Source of the DNA: Candidatus Magasanikbacteria bacterium RIFCSPHIGHO2_02_FULL_48_18
GTDB lineage: Bacteria; Patescibacteriota; Patescibacteriia; Magasanikbacterales; UBA922
Length of the DNA: 64,000 bases
Assembly: GCA_001784285.1 (NCBI GenBank)
Contig: MFQC01000007.1
Span: 4,197 to 68,196, forward strand
Reading direction: 5' to 3'
Positions 57,880 to 64,000 of this stretch are shown here, piece by piece; position 1 is the first letter of the stretch; the number at the start of each line of letters is the position of its first letter. The position numbers were made by a program, and so were the translations under genes. Under the pieces are notes generated by a model. It was not told the DNA's origin. It did not search any database and saw nothing but the letters and a program-made list of their open reading frames with translations.

Positions 57880-59676
57880 ATGGAAATTCGCAATGTCGCC
57901 ATTATCGCGCACGTTGACCACGGAAAAACGCGTCTTACGGATGGGTTGATGCGCCAGACCGGCATGGTGACGGACGACACCGTCAGTATGGATTCAAACG
58001 TTCTTGAAAAAGAACGCGGCATTACGATTTATTCAAAAAATACGTCTGTCTTTTATAAAAATACAAAAATTAATATCGTCGACACGCCGGGGCACGCGGA
58101 TTTTGGCTCCGAAGTGGAGCGTGTTCTGCGTTCGATCGATTCCGTTATTCTTGTGGTGGATGCGCAAGAAGGCCCCATGCCACAGACCAAGTTTGTTTTG
58201 AAAAAGTCGCTCGAGCTGGGATTAAAGCCCATTGTCGTTTTGAATAAAATCGATAAGCCGGCCGCGCGGCCCGAGTGGGCGCACGAAAAGGTTCTGGAAC
58301 TTTTTATGGATCTCGGCGCAAACGACGAACAATTGAATTTTCCAACCGTCTATGCAGTGGCCAAAGATGGGGCGTCAAAAATACATCTTTCCGATGCTCT
58401 TTCCGATCTCACACCTCTTCTTGACACCATTCTCTCTCACGTTGAACCGATTTCGGGCGATGTCGCCAAACCCTTTGCGTTCCAGCCGTTCAATCTCGCG
58501 TACGATACGTACCTCGGCCGATTGGGGATTGGCCGCATGTATCAAGGTGTTGCAAAGGCCGGCGACAAGGTCTTCATGAAAAAAGTTGACGGCGCCGTCG
58601 TGTCCGGGACCATTTCAAAATTGTTTACGTTTGAAGGTTTGCGACGAAAAGAGGTGACAGAAGCGGTTGCGGGGGATATCGTTATGATGGCCGGCCTATC
58701 GGATATTTATATTGGCGATACGATATGCGCGGATCCGTCGCAAGAATCCCTTCCGGCGATTTCCATTGATGAGCCGACGATTTCATTGAATTTTTTGGTC
58801 AACAATTCTCCGTTCGCGGGAAAAGAAGGAACGTTTGTCACGAGCCAGCAAATAAAAGGGAGATTGGAAAGAGAGTTGGAAGTGAATGTGGGATTACAGG
58901 TTGATTTTTCTTCCAATGATTCATACATGGTGTATGGCCGCGGCGAATTGCATATCGCCGTTTTGCTCGAAACCATGCGCCGCGAGGGATTTGAACTTCA
59001 GGTATCTCAGCCGCATGTTATTATCAAAGATATTGATGGCGTGAAACACGAACCATTTGAAGAAACAACGATTGACGTGCCGCAGGAATATACGGGAATT
59101 GTCATCGAAAAAATGTCAAAACGAAGAGGGGAGATGACGGAAATGCGTCCGGAGCACCAGTATACGCGCATGATTTTTCGGATTCCAACCAGAGGACTGT
59201 TGGGGTATCGGAGTGAATTTGTGGTGGATACGCGCGGGGAAGGCATTTTATGCAGTGAAACCACTGGATTTTTTCCCATGGTGACTGGCGTTATTGAAAA
59301 GCGTCAGGTGGGGTCGATGGTTTCCGGGGAAAAAGGCAAAGTGCTCTCGTATGCGCTTGCCAATCTTCAAGATCGGGGCACGCTCTATGTGGGGCCAAAT
59401 GTGGAGGTTTATGAGGGTCAAGTGATTGGGAATACCGCGAAGGGCATGGATATGACGGTCAACCCAACCAAAGGAAAACACCTTACCAATATGCGCGCGT
59501 CGAGCGCGGATATTGCGGTTCAGCTCACTCCGCCGCTCCTTTTGACCCTTGAACATGGGCTTGAAATTATGGCAGAGGATGAATATCTGGAGGTCACGCC
59601 CAAAAGTGTTCGTCTGAGAAAGCAGTATTTGACAGAAGTAGACCGGGTGCGAGCGACCAGAAAGAAAAATGCATAA
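57880..59676 (+). CDS. typA: translational GTPase TypA/BipA
   Basis: IIAHVDHGKT, DTPGHADF, GPMPQT, NKID, GRGELH, EVTPKSVRLRK. Confidence 0.96.
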   Translation: MEIRNVAIIAHVDHGKTRLTDGLMRQTGMVTDDTVSMDSNVLEKERGITIYSKNTSVFYKNTKINIVDTPGHADFGSEVERVLRSIDSVILVVDAQEGPMPQTKFVLKKSLELGLKPIVVLNKIDKPAARPEWAHEKVLELFMDLGANDEQLNFPTVYAVAKDGASKIHLSDALSDLTPLLDTILSHVEPISGDVAKPFAFQPFNLAYDTYLGRLGIGRMYQGVAKAGDKVFMKKVDGAVVSGTISKLFTFEGLRRKEVTEAVAGDIVMMAGLSDIYIGDTICADPSQESLPAISIDEPTISLNFLVNNSPFAGKEGTFVTSQQIKGRLERELEVNVGLQVDFSSNDSYMVYGRGELHIAVLLETMRREGFELQVSQPHVIIKDIDGVKHEPFEETTIDVPQEYTGIVIEKMSKRRGEMTEMRPEHQYTRMIFRIPTRGLLGYRSEFVVDTRGEGILCSETTGFFPMVTGVIEKRQVGSMVSGEKGKVLSYALANLQDRGTLYVGPNVEVYEGQVIGNTAKGMDMTVNPTKGKHLTNMRASSADIAVQLTPPLLLTLEHGLEIMAEDEYLEVTPKSVRLRKQYLTEVDRVRATRKKNA

Positions 59677-59685
59677 CCCTCCTTG

Positions 59686-59710
59686 AACCTCCCCCTGCGG
59701 GAGGTTTTTT
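59686..59710 (+). terminator. intrinsic terminator after typA
   Basis: AACCTCCC-CCTGC-GGGAGGTT then TTTT. Confidence 0.7.
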
Positions 59711-59794
59711 GCAGAAAAATAGTAATTCATATATACTCTATTTTTTACAGAAAGAACAAGCAATAAATTGTTCCTTCGCCGACAATCAACAACT

Positions 59795-60148
59795 ATGCAA
59801 AACATTCAAGAAATTTTTGACCGGGTTCAAAAAAATAAAGATGAATCAAAAAAAATTCGCGGCATGTACAAGGATTCTTTATCGACGAATGGGGAATATG
59901 AAGAGATCGGAGAAAAAATAAAAACCCTGCGGGAAAGAAAAAAACAGATTGAACTTGCCGTGCGTCAGGGCATGGAAAAGGAACTGATGACGTTGGAGGA
60001 TTTGAAAATTGATATTGCCTCGGATATGGAGCTCTTGAGCGATTTGGCGCTTTCAGAGCTCGTCAAGGGAGAAACGGTTGCGGTAAAGGACGCGGCAAAC
60101 AACGAGTACGAACCGATTTTTAGCGTAAAATTTAAAAAAGTGTCCTAA
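59795..60148 (+). CDS. hypothetical coiled-coil protein
   Basis: 117-aa helical ORF ending EYEPIFSVKFKK; 6 nt upstream of the exonuclease gene. Confidence 0.7.
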   Translation: MQNIQEIFDRVQKNKDESKKIRGMYKDSLSTNGEYEEIGEKIKTLRERKKQIELAVRQGMEKELMTLEDLKIDIASDMELLSDLALSELVKGETVAVKDAANNEYEPIFSVKFKKVS

Positions 60149-60154
60149 TGCTGT

Positions 60155-60733
60155 ATGAAAGAAATTGTTTTTGATATTGAAACCTATGGCAATATAAAAG
60201 ACCAGGCCAACATGAAAGTGACTGTGGTATCGGTTTATCACTATGAAACAGATACATATCGCTCCTTTGACGAGACGCAATTGGGGGATATGTGGCCCTT
60301 ATTTGAAAAAGCGGATCGCATTATCGGTTTTAATAGCGAACATTTTGACATTCCCATTCTCAATAAATATTATACGGGAGATCTTTTTCGTTTTGCCCAC
60401 CTTGATCTTTTGAAAGTGATCAAAGACAGCACGGGAAGGCGGTACAAATTGGATGATTTGGCGAAAGCCACGCTCCAGATGCAGAAAAGCGCGGACGGGC
60501 TTCAAGCGATGCAATGGTACGAAGCGGGAGAAATTGAAAAAATTAAACAATATTGCGAACAGGATGTGCGCGTGACCAAAGAATTGTACGAATTTGGGAG
60601 AAAAAACAAGATGATTTATTATCCCACACTGACCGGCGACATTATTCCCATTGCCGTTGATTTTGATCCGCCCGTGAGGCACATCAATACTCCGGATACT
60701 GGCCGGAGCATCAATCTCACGCTTCCTCTGTAA
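60155..60733 (+). CDS. RNase H-like DEDD exonuclease (RNase_H_2/YprB-like)
   Basis: FDIET, GFNSEHFDIP, YCEQDV. Confidence 0.85.
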   Translation: MKEIVFDIETYGNIKDQANMKVTVVSVYHYETDTYRSFDETQLGDMWPLFEKADRIIGFNSEHFDIPILNKYYTGDLFRFAHLDLLKVIKDSTGRRYKLDDLAKATLQMQKSADGLQAMQWYEAGEIEKIKQYCEQDVRVTKELYEFGRKNKMIYYPTLTGDIIPIAVDFDPPVRHINTPDTGRSINLTLPL

Positions 60734-60742
60734 AAAACGTTA

Positions 60743-61429
60743 TCAAAAAATTTCAAATTTGATCGCCTTCGCGCTCGCTCCTTCTTGCAGAAGAATGGTT
60801 CGGACATCTTTAATCATTTCTCCATTTCCGCACAAATAAAAAAGATCGTCCTGGCCGGGGGTCGGGAGATGGCTCGTGACTCGGCCGCTCAGTCCTTCCC
60901 ACGATTGGCCGGGCCGCGAAACGGTAAGCTGATAAGAAAAATTGGGGTGCGTTTTTTGCAAATCGTTCAGCCGCTCAGTCCAAAAAATATCTTTTTCCAT
61001 TCGAACCCCAAACAGGAGACGAATCTCGTGGTTGGTTTTTTTTGTTTCGAGCTGATCTCGTATGATGCTCAAAAGAGGCGCAAGACCCGCGCCTGTGGCA
61101 ACGGCGGAGAGCGGTTTGTTCGCATCGTTCATTACAAAACGTCCTTGCGCTTTGGTACAGAGGAATTCTTCGCCCTCGCGCATGCGCAAGAGGTGTGCTG
61201 ACGCGACGCCATTTTCGATCATTTTGACGCAAAATTCCAGATATGGATCTCCCGGAATAGACGAAATGGAATAAGCCCTTAACGCCAGTGATCCGTCGGA
61301 AGACGGCACGGCAAATTGGACGAATTGGCCTGCCGTAAAAACAAACATATCCGGCTTGGCAAACCGGAAAGAATACACGAAATCGGCAATATGTTTTTTT
61401 TCGAGAAGGGTGAGGGCGTATGTTTCCAT
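60743..61429 (-). CDS. ferredoxin-NADP reductase-like FAD oxidoreductase
   Basis: AGQFV, RAYSISS, ATGAGLAP, FYLCG, terminal FEIF. Confidence 0.9.
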   Translation of the reverse strand: METYALTLLEKKHIADFVYSFRFAKPDMFVFTAGQFVQFAVPSSDGSLALRAYSISSIPGDPYLEFCVKMIENGVASAHLLRMREGEEFLCTKAQGRFVMNDANKPLSAVATGAGLAPLLSIIRDQLETKKTNHEIRLLFGVRMEKDIFWTERLNDLQKTHPNFSYQLTVSRPGQSWEGLSGRVTSHLPTPGQDDLFYLCGNGEMIKDVRTILLQEGASAKAIKFEIF

Positions 61430-61493
61430 ATCTTGACAAATAGCTGGGAGAAAGATACCATACTCTCTAAGTATGAATTAACCTTTTTATACC

Positions 61494-61883
61494 ATGATTA
61501 TCCTCACTCGACAAGTAGATTATGGCGTACAGTTTTTAAAAGCGCTTGCCGTTCAGAAAAACGGAAAATCGCTCAGTGTACGGCAATTCTCTCATGATTC
61601 TACCATATCGTTTCTCTTTTTGCAACGCATTGTCCGAAAGTTGAAGCTCCATGGCATTATCCATTCCGAACGAGGACCCTCCGGAGGATATGTGCTGGCT
61701 CGTCCGGACATGTCCATTTCTCTTTCCGACGTGATTGAGGCGGTTGAGGGACCTCATGGCATTGTCCAATGTCTCAAGGCCGGAAAAATGTGTGAGCGCA
61801 AAGACGTCTGCACCGCGCGTCCGACGTTTCAATCCGTTCAAGATACAATGAATCATATGTTTCGTGAGATCCGGATTGTCTAA
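61494..61883 (+). CDS. Rrf2-family regulator (IscR-like, three Cys)
   Basis: DYG, SERGPSGGYVL, C-x6-C-x5-C. Confidence 0.9.
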   Translation: MIILTRQVDYGVQFLKALAVQKNGKSLSVRQFSHDSTISFLFLQRIVRKLKLHGIIHSERGPSGGYVLARPDMSISLSDVIEAVEGPHGIVQCLKAGKMCERKDVCTARPTFQSVQDTMNHMFREIRIV

Positions 61884-61885
61884 GT

Positions 61886-63166
61886 ATGGCTTCTGTTTCA
61901 TTTCCCGCACGTCCAAAGCAAATTCGCGAGATATATTTCGATTATGCGGCAGGCGGCCCTATGTTGTCATCTGTTTTTGTTGCCATGCGGCCGCATCTCA
62001 CAAATCGTTTTGCCAATCCGTCGGGTCTTCATGCTCTGTCTCAGCGGGAGCGGGTCTCTGTTGAAGAGAGCCGCAGTCTTATCGCCGATGTGCTTCATGC
62101 CACTCCGGATACGGTCATTTTTACGAGCGGCGGCACCGAATCCATCAACATGGCCATTCTTGGGGCCGCGCGGGCATACGCGCAAAAAAAGAAAACTGGA
62201 AAACGTCGCGGCCATATTATTACAACCGCGATTGAACACGCGGCCGGCATGGCTCCGGTCCGGTATCTGGAAGTTTCCGGTTTTGATGTCACATATCTTC
62301 CAGTCGATAGCAACGGTTTTGTGTCGGTCAACGACATCAAAACCCATCTTCGCTCTGATACTTTTTTGGTGTCGGTCATGTATGCCAATAATGAAATCGG
62401 CGCCATTCAGCCCATTTCCGATATTGGCCGAGAAATTCTTGCGTGGCGCAAAAAGCAAAATTCTATTTTTCCGTTATTTCATTCTGACGCATGCCAGGCA
62501 ATTGGGTTTTTGCCCGTTGACGTGGAAAAATGCCATGCGGATCTTTTGAGCTTTAATGGAAGTAAAATTGGCGGTCCGAAGGGGATTGGCGTCTTGTACA
62601 AGCGCCGCGGGGTCGTTCTCGAACCACTGCTGTTTGGGGGAGGACAGGAGTTTGGGTTGCGGAGCGGGACAGAACATGTGGCCGGCATTGTCGGTATGGC
62701 AAAAGCGCTCACGCATGCGGCGGCGTCAAGAGCCACAGAAGCAAAACGTTTGGCCGCGCTGTCCGTATATTTTTGGAAAGGAATTCACCATTCTATTCCC
62801 AATGTGAAACTGAACGGGCCGGCATTGTTTGAAAATAATACAATGCGCGGGAAGCGGAAAGAGAGCGGCATGGCAAGACTTCCCAATAATGTTCATGTTT
62901 CTTTCCCCGGCCTTGAGGGCGAAGCGCTGGTTTTGTATTTGGAGCGGTATGGAATTTTGTGTGCCACAGGTTCGGCTTGTAATAGCAATAAAGAAACGAC
63001 ATCGCATGTGCTTTCTGCAATCGGACTTACAAACGAAGAGCGGACAGGAAGCATTCGGTTTACTCTGGGGCGGGAAACCGCCAAAGCCGATATAGCCTAT
63101 ACTCTGAAATATCTTCCTCCGGTCGTGTCAGCCGTGCGCCGCATGCGCCAGGTCATTTCCGGATAA
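61886..63166 (+). CDS. iscS: group I cysteine desulfurase (IscS/NifS)
   Basis: YFDYAA, FTSGGTES, NNEIG, HSDACQ, SKIGGPKG, RSGTE, ATGSAC. Confidence 0.9.
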   Translation: MASVSFPARPKQIREIYFDYAAGGPMLSSVFVAMRPHLTNRFANPSGLHALSQRERVSVEESRSLIADVLHATPDTVIFTSGGTESINMAILGAARAYAQKKKTGKRRGHIITTAIEHAAGMAPVRYLEVSGFDVTYLPVDSNGFVSVNDIKTHLRSDTFLVSVMYANNEIGAIQPISDIGREILAWRKKQNSIFPLFHSDACQAIGFLPVDVEKCHADLLSFNGSKIGGPKGIGVLYKRRGVVLEPLLFGGGQEFGLRSGTEHVAGIVGMAKALTHAAASRATEAKRLAALSVYFWKGIHHSIPNVKLNGPALFENNTMRGKRKESGMARLPNNVHVSFPGLEGEALVLYLERYGILCATGSACNSNKETTSHVLSAIGLTNEERTGSIRFTLGRETAKADIAYTLKYLPPVVSAVRRMRQVISG

Positions 63167-63174
63167 CTTGTTGT

Positions 63175-64000
63175 ATGCCAAAAAAAACGAAAAAAAATTC
63201 TGTCGCGTTTGTGCCCGAAAACACGGCGTTGTATGAACAAGCGGATAATGACCGTTCTCGTTTTCGCGCAGAACCGGGGATACATGAAGCGGTGATTCGG
63301 GAAATTTCGAGCCAAAAAAAAGAACCGCAATGGATGCTTGAAAAACGGCTCAAAGCCTATGAATTTTTTTTAAAAACGCCGGTGCCAACCTGGGGTGTTG
63401 ATTTGTCGCTCCTCAATTTGGATGAGATTGTTTATTTTGTCCGTCCGGACGCAAAAGAGTCTGCGCGCTGGGAAGACGTGCCGGAAGAAATCAAACGAAC
63501 GTTTGACCGTTTGGGCATTCCGGAAGCGGAAAAAAAATCATTGGCAGGCGTTGGCGCGCAGTATGATTCCGACGTGGTGTATCATAATATTAAAAAAGAA
63601 TTGAGCAACAAAGGCGTTATTTTTGAAAACATGGACGTGGCGCTAGAAAAATATGAGCCGATGGTCAAAAAATATTTTATGACGCAGTGCGTTCCAATCA
63701 ATGACCACAAGTTTGTCATGCTCCATGGAGCTGTGTGGTCCGGCGGGACATTTATTTACGTGCCAAAAGGCGTCACAGTGGGCCTGCCGCTCCAGGCATA
63801 TTTTCGCATGAACGCGGAACAAGGCGGCCAATTTGAACACACCCTTATTATCGCGGACGAAGGAGCCGAAGTCTCCTATATTGAAGGCTGTTCCGCGCCG
63901 CGCTACACGTCCAATTCTCTTCATGCCGGCTGTGTGGAAATTTTTGTAGGACGCGACGCGCGCGTAAAATATTATTCCATTGAAAACTGGTCAAAAAATA
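63175..64000 (+). CDS. sufB: Fe-S cluster assembly protein SufB, 3' end runs off the window
   Basis: Manual translation: EISSQKKEPQWML, WEDVPEEIKRTFDRLGIPEAE, AGVGAQYDS, VWSGGTFIYVPKG, GQFEHTLII, YIEGCSAP. Confidence 0.95.
   Translation, partial: MPKKTKKNSVAFVPENTALYEQADNDRSRFRAEPGIHEAVIREISSQKKEPQWMLEKRLKAYEFFLKTPVPTWGVDLSLLNLDEIVYFVRPDAKESARWEDVPEEIKRTFDRLGIPEAEKKSLAGVGAQYDSDVVYHNIKKELSNKGVIFENMDVALEKYEPMVKKYFMTQCVPINDHKFVMLHGAVWSGGTFIYVPKGVTVGLPLQAYFRMNAEQGGQFEHTLIIADEGAEVSYIEGCSAPRYTSNSLHAGCVEIFVGRDARVKYYSIENWSKN

Noticed and set aside
57880-57945. TypA inactivation from GKTRLTD instead of GKTTLVD
   Set aside because: The P-loop GKT and the other G motifs are intact; the change lies after the essential residues
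1-64000. Alternative genetic code (TGA read as Gly or Trp)
   Set aside because: Conserved genes are full length under code 11, and several (recR, ftsX, mpg) end at TGA in the expected place

Overview
Bacterial chromosomal segment using genetic code 11, with near-contiguous genes and almost no Shine-Dalgarno motifs. Gene content and style suggest a Patescibacteria/CPR (Parcubacteria-like) genome; this is inference, not a database result. From 1 to ~31 kb it is mostly surface-glycan biosynthesis (flippase, two nucleotide-sugar dehydrogenases, epimerase, priming phosphotransferase, GT4/GT2/GT-C enzymes, rmlB, an NRS/ER-type reductase, rmlA), mixed with rplU, recR-ybaB-dnaB and secreted proteins. 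From ~31 to 46 kb are murA, an S41 protease, a foldase, mscL, ftsEX, four tRNAs, a heavy-metal module and a DEAD-box helicase. From 47 to 55 kb is a locus of two giant secreted proteins flanking a small membrane protein. From 56 to 64 kb are an HTH/Fic toxin-antitoxin pair, mpg, typA and an FNR / Rrf2-iscS-sufB block. Highlights: (1) tRNA-Asn(GUU) split inside its anticodon (35/36) by a 307-nt IA-like group I intron; (2) a candidate polymorphic effector system with a catalytically dead transglutaminase trunk, an LGFP + phosphodiester-glycosidase tip, a coupled membrane protein, and an alpha-barrel/CARDB/dockerin partner; (3) three solitary GC-rich genes with strong Shine-Dalgarno sites among Shine-Dalgarno-less neighbours; (4) several structured leaders and repeats. 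All calls come from reading motifs by eye; no searches were run.
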